DNA of 64,000 bases from Hyphococcus sp. (GTDB lineage Bacteria > Pseudomonadota > Alphaproteobacteria > Caulobacterales > Parvularculaceae). Where the stretch lies: NCBI GenBank assembly GCA_021776335.1, contig JAJFGB010000001.1, positions 301,431 to 365,430 on the forward strand, given 5' to 3'. Below the pieces are notes generated by a model that made no database searches, was not told where the DNA came from, and saw nothing but the letters and a program-made list of their open reading frames with translations. This document shows positions 55,228 to 64,000 of the stretch, one piece after another; position 1 is the first letter of the stretch, and each line of letters begins with the position of its first letter. A program made the translations under genes and the position numbers.

Positions 55228-58200
55228 CTAGAACTCTTTACGGATGCTGCCATACCAGTAGCGTCCGCGGCTCGAATGCAGTTCTTCGTAAAAGCCTGTA
55301 GCAAACTCATCCGCAAATGGCGGTCCCTGGTCTGTCAAATTGCGAACGCCGAAGCGCAGTCTTGTATTGGACGCAACGCCTGCGTTCTCGATCGTGTACT
55401 GGGCGTATAGGTTGATGGAGTACCAGTCATCGACACGGAATATCTCTCCGCCTGGTCCAGTGACAGACGTATCGACAACAGGGCCGACATACCGTCCGAA
55501 CACGCCGGCGCCGAACGGGCCGTTTCTAAAGCGTATCCCCGCTGAACCGCGCCATTTTGGCCGGCCATTTTGTTCAACGAGTGAATCCTGACCCGGAACA
55601 TCGACGGCGCTGTCAATTATTCCGGCGTTAACCGCCGCCAGCAACGCGGCGCCGTCTGCAGACGGATCCTGGAAGAAATTCAACAAGTGCGCCGCGTTTG
55701 CGGAGAAGTGGAATTCGCCGATGCTTGTATCAAGATCGTAGAACAAGCCGAAATCCAGGCCTTCCGCCTGGCGTGGGTTAAGATTGGTATAATCGTCAAC
55801 CACTTCCAGGATATCACCGGCTGGCGTTAATCCGGCCGCCGTAAACAATGCGACCGCCGCAGCATCAGGCGTGTCGCGTATAACATTCGGGTTTGAACTT
55901 CCCTGTACGCGCAAAAGATAGTCAAGCGAGATCTGATTTTGATCGCTGAAAATGCCAACAACATCTGTTTGCTTAATTTTCCAGTAATCGACGGTTAACG
56001 TCAAACCGGAGCCTTGCGGCTGGAAGACGGCGCCAAGAGAAAAGTTCTGATTGCTCTCAGGCATCAGGTTTGGTCCGCCGCCGCGAACACTTTCGACAGA
56101 GTTGCCGTCGCAATCGCCAGTATTAAAAGCTGTCATATTGGCGCGTGCTGTCGCCTCGCAAACGACCCAGTCTTCGCGGCCTCCATTAACCCGTCGAATG
56201 CCATTGGCATTGATTTGCTCGAGGTTCGGCGCCCGGAATCCACGAGCGTAAGCGCCGCGAATTTGCAGCCATGACGCTGGATACCAGGAAATGGCGACTT
56301 TCGGCTTCAGCACTTCGCCAACATCTGTAAAGCTTTCAAAGCGCGCTGCCAATTGCAGGTCGAGACTCTCAACCAGAGGGATATTCATCTCGGGGCTTAT
56401 GACTGGAACAGCAGTTTCAACAAACGCCGAGTAAACGGTCCGGGCGCCGCTCGTATCCGGCGTTGGACTGGTGCCCATCACGTCGCTGCCATTCGTTACG
56501 CCAGTGACAAGGTCAGTAAATGTAATCGTTCCGTCGAGGCGGTCATCCCTGTCGTCAAGAAAACTTTCGCGCCGTGCTTCCAAACCAAAAGCGACTCCGA
56601 GGCCGCCCGCTGGAAGCTCCATGAAGTCAGCATTGGAGAACTTCATGTCGGCGAGCAGCAAGGTGGTTTTGCTCCGGCGCGACACGTCAACGATAAAGCT
56701 GTCGATCGTCGCTTGTGAATTAATCCCCGCATTTGGCGCGTTGGTATCAAGGGGATCACCACCAATAAACGGGTTATATGCATCCGGTGTCGAAAGTGCG
56801 AGGGATTGCTGAAACAGCGTATTGCTGATTCTGTTTGTAACGCTTTCGGTCGTCGCCTCGGAGTACAACACCGCGCTGTCGACGTCCCAGCCGCCAGCGA
56901 TTTCACCGCGAATGCCGCCTAAAATCCGGACACTGTCATTGTCGACATTGATGTTGCGCTGACCTGTATCGATCGGTCGCAAGTCGCGAATTTGCAGGTC
57001 GTCACCAAACACATTGTGAAAATTCGACAGGGGAACGACAATTCGATTGCTTGACAGCATTTGCGCTGTTTCGCGACGGCGGAAGAAGCTTGAGCGGTAA
57101 TATGAGGCTTCCGCAAAGAGCTCCAGATCATTATTGAGGTCATGATTGAGGAAGATAAATCCATTACCGCGTTTCGTATCGCCAATGAGATCGCGGTAGC
57201 GGGCGCGGTCCAGCCGCAACGCCGTATCAATCGATCCGCCATTATCGGCGCATACGCCATTGGGTAACGCCACGAGGCATCCGGACAAAGTGTCCGGCTG
57301 AATATGGAAATCATCATCGCCAATCGCTGCAATGGATCCGTTAAGGGCCCGGAATTCGCCAAAGGGCGTCTGGGTTGATAGATTCCTTAACTGCGTATCG
57401 CCTTCAAAGGGCGTGCCGACGAAGAAATCGCGCAAATCTTCTGTGGAGGAGTTGATGAGATCTGTCGCTGGCATGCCATTGCGGTTGAGAAAATTGCCGA
57501 AGAAAGAAATATTGGTCCGACCATCGTTGAACGTATGGCCCGCTTCGATCGTCGCCTTCAGCTCATCAAGGCTGGTGCCTTCGCTTGCGCCATATTGAAC
57601 GGAGCCAATCAGTCCTTCGAAATCGCTCTTGAGAACCGTATTGATAACACCCGCAACAGCATCAGTGCCGTAAAGCGCCGCCGCGCCGTCTCGCAGCACT
57701 TCGATCCTTGAAATTCCGGTTACCGGTATCGCGTTTGAATTGACCGAATTCACGGGCACCAGATTTTCGACCTGGGTGCCGGGGTGCAACACCATCCGGC
57801 GGCCGTTGAGGAGGACAAGCGTATTGCCCGTGCCAATAGCCCTAAGATTAATCGAGGAGATATCACCCTGGGCGCCATTGACGCCTGTGAAGCCAATGCC
57901 ATTGAACGTTGCCTGACCAATCTGCGGGATTGACGCGAGCAATTCATCGCCGCTGACCGCTCCGGTCAACTCAATAGCCTCTTGGTCTAAAACCGTTACC
58001 GGCAAGGCGCCCGCGATATTGGAGCCCTTAATCTGCGAGCCTATGACAACGATTACATCCTGGTTTTCACTAGCTGGTGTGGTGTCCTGTGCGATCGCCG
58101 CGGTTGCCGCCAATGTCGACAGTGCAGACGTTAAAAAAAATCTTGATCGTTTCACGGGTCTATCCCCTCCTGACAGGTTTTCAATTTTGCGGGGCGATAC

Positions 58201-58506
58201 GGTGATCACCCCGTTTTCAGTCAGGCCGCCTTGCAGGCTGGTGCCCTCAAACATCTCTTCGAGAGCCCGCCGCAGGGTGAAATCACCCTTTAGCGGTTTG
58301 GAATTTATCGCCGTAACATCTTCAGTTTGAAACAGGACAGATCGTCGATGCGCACGCGCAAGCGATTTTACTGCGTCCTCTGCGTTCTGCGCAGGAATAT
58401 TGAGCGACTTGACTGCTTGTTCCGCGCTTCGTGCTGTCGCGCCGTTCGGAAAAAAGAGCCCACCCAATATCGCTACAAGAATCGCGCATCGAATTACCAA
58501 TCGCAT
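55228..58506 (-). CDS. TonB-dependent receptor with N-terminal STN signalling domain
   Basis: LNIPAQ..LARAH..LKGDFT..ALEEMFEGTSL (STN), TonB box DVIVVIGSQI, NTLVLLNGRR, C-terminal IRKEF. Start is uncertain (58506-58539). Confidence 0.92.
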   Translation of the reverse strand: MRLVIRCAILVAILGGLFFPNGATARSAEQAVKSLNIPAQNAEDAVKSLARAHRRSVLFQTEDVTAINSKPLKGDFTLRRALEEMFEGTSLQGGLTENGVITVSPRKIENLSGGDRPVKRSRFFLTSALSTLAATAAIAQDTTPASENQDVIVVIGSQIKGSNIAGALPVTVLDQEAIELTGAVSGDELLASIPQIGQATFNGIGFTGVNGAQGDISSINLRAIGTGNTLVLLNGRRMVLHPGTQVENLVPVNSVNSNAIPVTGISRIEVLRDGAAALYGTDAVAGVINTVLKSDFEGLIGSVQYGASEGTSLDELKATIEAGHTFNDGRTNISFFGNFLNRNGMPATDLINSSTEDLRDFFVGTPFEGDTQLRNLSTQTPFGEFRALNGSIAAIGDDDFHIQPDTLSGCLVALPNGVCADNGGSIDTALRLDRARYRDLIGDTKRGNGFIFLNHDLNNDLELFAEASYYRSSFFRRRETAQMLSSNRIVVPLSNFHNVFGDDLQIRDLRPIDTGQRNINVDNDSVRILGGIRGEIAGGWDVDSAVLYSEATTESVTNRISNTLFQQSLALSTPDAYNPFIGGDPLDTNAPNAGINSQATIDSFIVDVSRRSKTTLLLADMKFSNADFMELPAGGLGVAFGLEARRESFLDDRDDRLDGTITFTDLVTGVTNGSDVMGTSPTPDTSGARTVYSAFVETAVPVISPEMNIPLVESLDLQLAARFESFTDVGEVLKPKVAISWYPASWLQIRGAYARGFRAPNLEQINANGIRRVNGGREDWVVCEATARANMTAFNTGDCDGNSVESVRGGGPNLMPESNQNFSLGAVFQPQGSGLTLTVDYWKIKQTDVVGIFSDQNQISLDYLLRVQGSSNPNVIRDTPDAAAVALFTAAGLTPAGDILEVVDDYTNLNPRQAEGLDFGLFYDLDTSIGEFHFSANAAHLLNFFQDPSADGAALLAAVNAGIIDSAVDVPGQDSLVEQNGRPKWRGSAGIRFRNGPFGAGVFGRYVGPVVDTSVTGPGGEIFRVDDWYSINLYAQYTIENAGVASNTRLRFGVRNLTDQGPPFADEFATGFYEELHSSRGRYWYGSIRKEF

Positions 58507-58695
58507 CCTGTTCAAACCCAACGTCATGGCGATCGTCATCGCGTAGCGAGACGGCCATGTTAACCCGTGCGAATGGCAGCGCAAATCCGCCAGTGCACCG
58601 ATTATATTCCCGGCTTTGGGGTCCAGGTGTTGCTGAACTGCATCATTGCTGCAGTGCAATGAAATGGGGGAGGGTGTTGAAATCAATGCGCAAGA

Positions 58696-59784
58696 TCAGG
58701 TGTTTTCGGCCTTGCGCAGCAAAATACGGTCATCGCCGGCGTGTTCAACAGCAATGCCGAGGCCTTCAAGTGCTTCAAGCAATTGGTCCACATCACCGGT
58801 GCGAAACATGCCGCCAAATTTCAATGCTCTCAAATCAGCATCGACAATCTCTATCGTGACATTGTTATGGCGCGAAATCTCAGCAACGACTTCGTCAAGC
58901 GGCGTTTCGGAAAAATCAAATAACCCTTCGGTCCAGGATAGTTTTCGCTGGATTTCTCGCGTCTCTATGGTTGGCAAGTCCGGATTTGGATTACCCGCCG
59001 CTTCGATCGGTATTGTCTCTGAAGTCAGTGTTTGGCCCGCGCCGACGATCACGCCGCTCGTCGTGAGCGGTTCTGGCATCGATGTCGCGATCGATGAGGG
59101 CTGCGCGGGCGCGCTCACCGTTTTCGATAGGATTGAAAACGCCACCTTCCCCTCAACAACGGCCAATTCAGTAATCCTGTCACGAAGGCGGACAACGAAA
59201 GATGTGCCAACGGCCTCAGAAACAGTCTCACCCGAATAGACGATGAATGGCCGGTCAGGATTGCTTGCGACATCAAACAGGGCCTCACCGCTGATGAGGC
59301 GAACGCTTCGTGTGCGTTGCCTGAAATCAACTTCTATTTCACTATCAGTATTGAGTTTAATAATCGAACCGTCAGCCAATTCTATTGTCTGTATTTCGCC
59401 CACGGCTGTTCGGTAGTGTACCGGCGATTGAGGCGTGGGCGAGAGAACAAAAATCGAGACAATCAGCGCAAAAATTGCCGCCAAACCGCCGGCCGCCGCA
59501 AATGCTGGCGCTCCCAAAGCGCTGCGCCAGCGCGGCTTTCTCAATTCATTGTCGAGAGCCGCCGCCTTGGCCAAGGGCTCAGCCATCTCGGTTAAAATAC
59601 TCAACTGACCGGAAAGCGCGGCGATCTCTTTTATTTCTCTTGCATGCTGCGGGCTGCGTCCCATCCATTCCTGGAGCGCTGCGATATCTGAACCAGACAA
59701 ATCACCGGACTCTATCTGCGCAACCCAGGCGCAGGCCTCGTTTGTGATTTCACTGGATGATCCAATATCAATTCGTTCAGACAT
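58696..59784 (-). CDS. fecR: FecR family anti-sigma factor
   Basis: EACAWVAQI, YRTAVGE..LADGS..LNTDS, GEALFDVA, VGTSF, LSWTEG. Confidence 0.92.
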   Translation of the reverse strand: MSERIDIGSSSEITNEACAWVAQIESGDLSGSDIAALQEWMGRSPQHAREIKEIAALSGQLSILTEMAEPLAKAAALDNELRKPRWRSALGAPAFAAAGGLAAIFALIVSIFVLSPTPQSPVHYRTAVGEIQTIELADGSIIKLNTDSEIEVDFRQRTRSVRLISGEALFDVASNPDRPFIVYSGETVSEAVGTSFVVRLRDRITELAVVEGKVAFSILSKTVSAPAQPSSIATSMPEPLTTSGVIVGAGQTLTSETIPIEAAGNPNPDLPTIETREIQRKLSWTEGLFDFSETPLDEVVAEISRHNNVTIEIVDADLRALKFGGMFRTGDVDQLLEALEGLGIAVEHAGDDRILLRKAENT

Positions 59785-59794
59785 CTATCTTCTC

Positions 59795-60388
59795 TTACTC
59801 ACTACTCGTTCGGCTTTGGAGGCCAAGGACGCTGGTATCACCGGCGTCACTGTCCGACGAAAGCGCGCGCAACATCATCTCGCGACTGCGTCGAAGCCCA
59901 AGCGCCACGTGCTTTTCCACGGTGCTCACGGCTATATCCAGCTTTTGCGCAATCTCTTTGTGAGAGGCGCCATAGACATTCTTCAGCACAAAAACCTTCT
60001 GGCACTGGGGCGGCAGCGTCGACACAGCCTCCCAGAAAACTTGCATCCTGTGACGCCCGTCGACCACGTCATCAACAGGCGGCTCATCTGATACGTAGGT
60101 TTCCAGCGAAAAATCATCTAGTACGTCGAGGGTCATTTTTGACCGACGTTCCAATTCTGACCGGGCAATATTTTTGGCGATGCCCACCAGAAACCGGCGC
60201 GGTTCCCTGATTTCGGTGCGTTTTTCCGCTTCGAGCGCCCTTAAAATCGTCTCTTGTGTGATGTCGGCGATATCAAGCTGATGCAGCGAATAACGGCGCA
60301 CAACGCTGGCAATCAACCCTTTATTGGCCTGGAATACGCCAAAGATGCGGGATTCACGGGATTCCTGATCTGGTCTGACTTTGGCCAT
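59795..60388 (-). CDS. ECF RNA polymerase sigma factor (FecI-like)
   Basis: DIADITQET, LPPQCQKVFVL..GASHKEIA..L.IAVSTVEKHV; immediately upstream of fecR. Confidence 0.92.
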   Translation of the reverse strand: MAKVRPDQESRESRIFGVFQANKGLIASVVRRYSLHQLDIADITQETILRALEAEKRTEIREPRRFLVGIAKNIARSELERRSKMTLDVLDDFSLETYVSDEPPVDDVVDGRHRMQVFWEAVSTLPPQCQKVFVLKNVYGASHKEIAQKLDIAVSTVEKHVALGLRRSREMMLRALSSDSDAGDTSVLGLQSRTSSE

Positions 60389-60419
60389 TCTGAATTAACT
60401 CTATCCGGCAAGCGCGGGT

Positions 60420-61496
60420 TCAGAATGCCGATGTCGGCACGGATTTGCAATCGACCAGCGGCGCATCTCTGGTGAGTGCACAAAACATCAATGTCGCTTT
60501 TTCATCGCCATGCTGAAGCTCCAAAACGCGTTTGAACTCGGCGAGTTTTGATCGCGTATCGAGAACCGCTGCGCTGACCGAACGCTCAAAGTTATTGTTG
60601 ATGGCGCCGCGTCCGGCTTTGCCGGGGCCGATCAACCCGATGCCTGGATATTCAGTGGCGTCGTTATCGGCGTCAGGGTCAACGACGCCTTTGTCCTTGT
60701 TTAGAAACATGTGCTTTACACGATGATGGCGCTGACCGGCTGCGTCTTTGTATTTGCAATTACGGCTCTCAAACACGCCCTCATAACAACCGGTGATAAG
60801 GCCATCGGGAAACGGATCAGTTGAATTTGGCATGTGAAGCCAGGGCGCCGGCGCATTCTTACTTAATCCTGGCGGATTATCCGGTGACGTTGTCGATGCT
60901 GTGTCGGCAATATCAGTCCAGTTGGAGTGTGAGTAAAAATCCTGAACCGCGTGCAGCATGATCCCGATATGTGTCAGCGTTCTGCATTTTGCGCTGTTTT
61001 TCTTTTTAGGGTTTCTGATGCATTTTTTTGAAATCTCTGTTTGGCCCGTGTGTAGATTTCCATTGGCGTCCAACATATCCGCGGCGGCGGATATCGCGGC
61101 GTTAAAATTTTCCTCCATCCAGTCGCGGCACTCAATAATGATGGCGCGGGCCTCGCCCGACGTGATGACGTCGCCCTCTTTGTTACGTCCGTAATCGGGG
61201 ACATCAAGATAATCACCGCCATCGCAATGGGCTGAGGCCTGTCCCACCAACTTTTTCGTTGGAATGTCGGCAAAGCCAACGCCGCCGAATGTACCTTTCT
61301 TGCCAGCAAGCTCATCGAGCGTCTTTGCCTGAAAACAATTGATTGTGGAGGCGGCGGGATCGCAGGCGAGGGCGCGCCGCGTGATGCGCTCATGTTCCGC
61401 GTCTTGTCCAAGCGCGTGCACAGTACCGTATGCTTGTGCATGCGTGCAAAAACCAAAGCTTAGTGTGAGTATCATTGCCAGATTGAGCGCGCGCAT
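60420..61496 (-). CDS. Secreted protein with HxxQDFYSHSNW motif (zinc phospholipase C/HET-C-like; CinY-like)
   Basis: Signal peptide; EHERITRRAL, HCDGGD, LHAVQDFYSHSNW. The resemblance to actinobacterial CinY is from memory. Confidence 0.6.
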   Translation of the reverse strand: MRALNLAMILTLSFGFCTHAQAYGTVHALGQDAEHERITRRALACDPAASTINCFQAKTLDELAGKKGTFGGVGFADIPTKKLVGQASAHCDGGDYLDVPDYGRNKEGDVITSGEARAIIIECRDWMEENFNAAISAAADMLDANGNLHTGQTEISKKCIRNPKKKNSAKCRTLTHIGIMLHAVQDFYSHSNWTDIADTASTTSPDNPPGLSKNAPAPWLHMPNSTDPFPDGLITGCYEGVFESRNCKYKDAAGQRHHRVKHMFLNKDKGVVDPDADNDATEYPGIGLIGPGKAGRGAINNNFERSVSAAVLDTRSKLAEFKRVLELQHGDEKATLMFCALTRDAPLVDCKSVPTSAF

Positions 61497-61525
61497 GAGT
61501 TTTTCCAGTTGAGTTTCGAGATCTG

Positions 61526-62158
61526 TCAGCTGTTTTCTTTCCAGCCATCATCGGAATGCGTGCCGTCGCAAAAGGGCTTATTTTTCGACTTGCCGCAGCG
61601 ACAAAGCACATATTTTTGTTCCGATTGTCCTTCGGCCCAGTGATCTGCTCTCATGGCGATATTTTTCACACGGAGCGGGCCATCGCGTTCAACCGCGATA
61701 GCGGCATCACTGTCGGCGAGGGTTTGGGCTTCTTCTCCCGGCAGGCTGTAACGCAGCGCGCCCGACGGGCAGGCTTCAACTACGTCTTTTACCTGCGCCG
61801 CCGTTCCGGCGTTGGGCTGCACCCAGGGTTTTTGCTTCGGATTGAAGATCGGCAGGGCGCGCGCACCGCATTCGCCGGCATGGGAACATAAGAGTTTGTT
61901 GTAGTAGACCGTCGCTTCCTTGCCCTCGTAGGAATAGATGCGGTCGCGCGATGAAACGTCCGCGCCAGCGCTGTCAAAACCGATTTTCTGATGCGATCCG
62001 TCACAAAAGGGTTTGTTCTTGGAGGCGCCGCATCGGCAAAGCGCCATCACGGGTTTGGTTTCCCCTCGTGATCCGTCTGCGAGGCGAAAAGAGCTGAGAT
62101 TTTTGACGACCAGCGGGCCATTGTTGCGTTGTTGGATAGTCGGTTTGTCTTCACTCAT
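61526..62158 (-). CDS. CDGSH iron-sulfur domain protein (two CDGSH domains plus a central Fer4_19-like domain)
   Basis: LCRCGASKNKPFCDGSH, CSHAGEC..CPSGAL, LCRCGKSKNKPFCDGTH. Confidence 0.92.
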   Translation of the reverse strand: MSEDKPTIQQRNNGPLVVKNLSSFRLADGSRGETKPVMALCRCGASKNKPFCDGSHQKIGFDSAGADVSSRDRIYSYEGKEATVYYNKLLCSHAGECGARALPIFNPKQKPWVQPNAGTAAQVKDVVEACPSGALRYSLPGEEAQTLADSDAAIAVERDGPLRVKNIAMRADHWAEGQSEQKYVLCRCGKSKNKPFCDGTHSDDGWKENS

Positions 62159-62306
62159 GAAGGCCTCCAATGCCGGGAACGTATCGTTTCGTTGAGGTAG
62201 CTGAAAACCGGACTAAACACCATGCCGGTTGAGTTGGCGCCTGAATCTCAAATTTCCGGGCTGGTCAATGTTGCAACCAGCCATCATGGAAGTTACGGCT
62301 GCAAAC

Positions 62307-62846
62307 ATGGAAATGCCCGACCTTCAGCCAATGCTTACCGGCTCCAATGTGATTGTGCGCCCAGTGTGCAAGGCGGACTGGCCGGGAATGTTTGCCGCGG
62401 CGGCGGACCCGGCAATCTGGGCCGGTCACCCGGCCCGTGACCGCTACACTGAACCGGTGTTTCGCACATTCTTTGAGGGTGCGATCGCGAGCGAAGCGGC
62501 GTTTGCGATTGTCGATCGGCGCGACGGTAAAATCATCGGCTCGAGCCGTTATCATGGGTTTGACGAGACAGCGCGCGAGATTGAAATTGGCTGGACGTTT
62601 CTGGCGCGCGACTATTGGGGCGGCAGCATCAATCATGAAGTCAAACATCTGATGCTTGAGCATGCTTTCAGTTTTGCCGATCGGGTTGTTTTCTGGATCG
62701 GCAAAGACAATCTGCGCTCGCAGCGTGCGACTGCAAAAATTGGCGGCGTAAAGCGCGAGGGAATTCTGCGACGATTACCTCGAGACAACACCACGACATA
62801 TGTGGTGTTCGACATTACGAAGAGTGAATATTGCAAATCTCGCTAA
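62307..62846 (+). CDS. RimJ/RimL-type GNAT N-acetyltransferase
   Basis: IIGSSRY, EIEIGWTFL..YWGG, NLRSQRA..KIGG. Confidence 0.85.
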   Translation: MEMPDLQPMLTGSNVIVRPVCKADWPGMFAAAADPAIWAGHPARDRYTEPVFRTFFEGAIASEAAFAIVDRRDGKIIGSSRYHGFDETAREIEIGWTFLARDYWGGSINHEVKHLMLEHAFSFADRVVFWIGKDNLRSQRATAKIGGVKREGILRRLPRDNTTTYVVFDITKSEYCKSR

Positions 62847-62883
62847 AGGGTGCGAGCGGCAAGATTTGCAATGCGCGCAACGT

Positions 62884-63726
62884 CTATTTTGGCGGCGCCT
62901 GACGTACGCCGTCCCACATGATGGGGTTGGATTGGGCTTCATATTTGACGACATAGGGAATGCCGTCACCGGGTGTCACCGCAATATGATAGATGCCGCC
63001 GGCGCCAGCGGCGCCGGGCTCATAGATGTCACCGCTGCCAAGATCGATCCACTCCGCTTCAACCGCCCAGACATCGATATCTTCGCCAAGCGGTGTTTCC
63101 ATTGTCTCGCGTCCGATCACACGGATAGTCAGGTGATGGACGCCCTTAAAAATATAGGTCGCGGTCGGAAAGCTCGACCAATAACCCTCTTCCAAAGGCA
63201 TGGCCGCGATAGCGATACCGGCAATCCAGCCATCGAACACCGGCATCGGTAGCGGCGCATTGAACGGCTCTTTGGCGCCATCATTATTGATCATTTCGCC
63301 GGTAAGGCCCTCGGGCCCGACGACTGTGCTAACTTCCTTAAAGGGTAAATTTGGTGAATCGATGTGGAACTTTCTTGCCCAGGAAAGAGACCGCAAATCG
63401 GCTCTCGATAAGGTCCGCGTTTCTGTTGCGACCTTGACGGGTTCGCCATCCTTTAACTGATACATGATTTGGATGTGCTTCCAGGTTGCATCATCCACGG
63501 CTTCCAGTGTTTCTTCAAACACGCCGTTCGGTGAATTCCATTTTGCGTTATAGGGTTTGATCACATCGGCGTTCACCTCGACCGCGCCAACCGGGGTTGT
63601 ATAGGCGATAAGCCGCTCGCTGACATATCGGGGGTCTTCCGGTTCAGCGGCATTTGTTCCCGTTAAAAACAGACTGCACGCTACGCACGCCATCGCCGTG
63701 CGGGCGATATTTTGTCCTAAATCCAT
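62884..63726 (-). CDS. Hypothetical exported protein (possibly DUF3108-like)
   Basis: Signal peptide ending TNA; beta-rich pattern; LPxxEGY-like and VWAVE segments. Family call is weak. Confidence 0.5.
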   Translation of the reverse strand: MDLGQNIARTAMACVACSLFLTGTNAAEPEDPRYVSERLIAYTTPVGAVEVNADVIKPYNAKWNSPNGVFEETLEAVDDATWKHIQIMYQLKDGEPVKVATETRTLSRADLRSLSWARKFHIDSPNLPFKEVSTVVGPEGLTGEMINNDGAKEPFNAPLPMPVFDGWIAGIAIAAMPLEEGYWSSFPTATYIFKGVHHLTIRVIGRETMETPLGEDIDVWAVEAEWIDLGSGDIYEPGAAGAGGIYHIAVTPGDGIPYVVKYEAQSNPIMWDGVRQAPPK

Positions 63727-63813
63727 GAATTGGGTTCCTTCGCAAGATGCTGAAAAAACCCTGTGGAGTTTGCGGACGATCCGCAAATGATGTGATCTCA
63801 AAAAAGCTGAATA

Positions 63814-63833
63814 AAAATCAACGCGTTGATTTT
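63814..63833. promoter_or_regulatory. Perfect 20-bp palindrome matching the IHF consensus on both strands
   Basis: AAAATCAACGCGTTGATTTT contains AATCAA-CGCG-TTG (WATCAANNNNTTR). Confidence 0.45.
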
Positions 63834-64000
63834 ATTTTCTTTTTTCAATCAAGAGACTTGTGGTGCGGCCAGCTTCGCTCTCTTTATAGGCGGCAAATCG
63901 CGGGTCGACCTGATAAAACAGGACATAGGATTCCCCGCCACGGGCGGCGCCTTCCAGCCATGCGGTTGTTTCGGCAAAATTCCCGCATTGGGCGTAGAAC
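63832..64000 (-). CDS. 3' end of a CDS running off the window (TPR/TolB-like C-terminus?)
   Basis: Minus-strand frame FYAQCG..AWLE.A..Y.VDPRF..KRK* ending with TAA at 63832. Confidence 0.5.
   Translation of the reverse strand, partial: FYAQCGNFAETTAWLEGAARGGESYVLFYQVDPRFAAYKESEAGRTTSLLIEKRK

Noticed and set aside
63814-63833. FNR box
   Set aside because: Half-sites are in the ATCAA-N4-TTGAT order, the reverse of TTGAT-N4-ATCAA.
1-64000. CRISPR arrays, tRNA/rRNA genes, IS elements, prophage, and the many antisense or shadow ORFs in the track
   Set aside because: No regularly spaced repeats, structural RNA signatures, transposase or integrase motifs were seen. Shadow ORFs overlap well-supported genes and are expected in GC-rich DNA.

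Overview
A 64 kb chromosomal window from a GC-rich alphaproteobacterium. The gene content (TonB-dependent receptors, peptidases, pst operon) suggests an aquatic heterotroph; the taxonomy is inference. No rRNA, tRNA, CRISPR array, integrase or IS element was recognised. Ordinary content: a pstSCAB-phoU operon flanked by two OprO/OprP-type porin paralogues with Pho boxes, two TonB-dependent receptor loci (one ECF sigma/FecR/STN-type), a BlaI/M56 pair, several peptidases, patatin-bdhA and small regulator/efflux/detox cassettes. The stand-out locus is 31.9-44.1 kb. It encodes a GAF-PAS-PAS hybrid kinase with its own Hpt domain and a LuxO-like sigma54 activator, followed by UDP-sulfoquinovose synthase (sqdB), a BcsB-like periplasmic protein, a processive GT2 synthase fused in frame to an outer-membrane beta-barrel, a second GT2 and an APS-reductase-type cysH. 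No sulfolipid transferase (sqdC/D/X) is present in the window. Three intergenic regions of this locus share one architecture: paired LuxO-type TTGCA-N3-TGCAA boxes, an IHF-like site and a sigma54-like -24/-12 element with GA instead of GC at -12. My hypothesis is a LuxO-like-controlled pathway for making and exporting a sulfoquinovose-containing (sulfonated) exopolysaccharide. I do not know of a described system like this, but I could not run any search.
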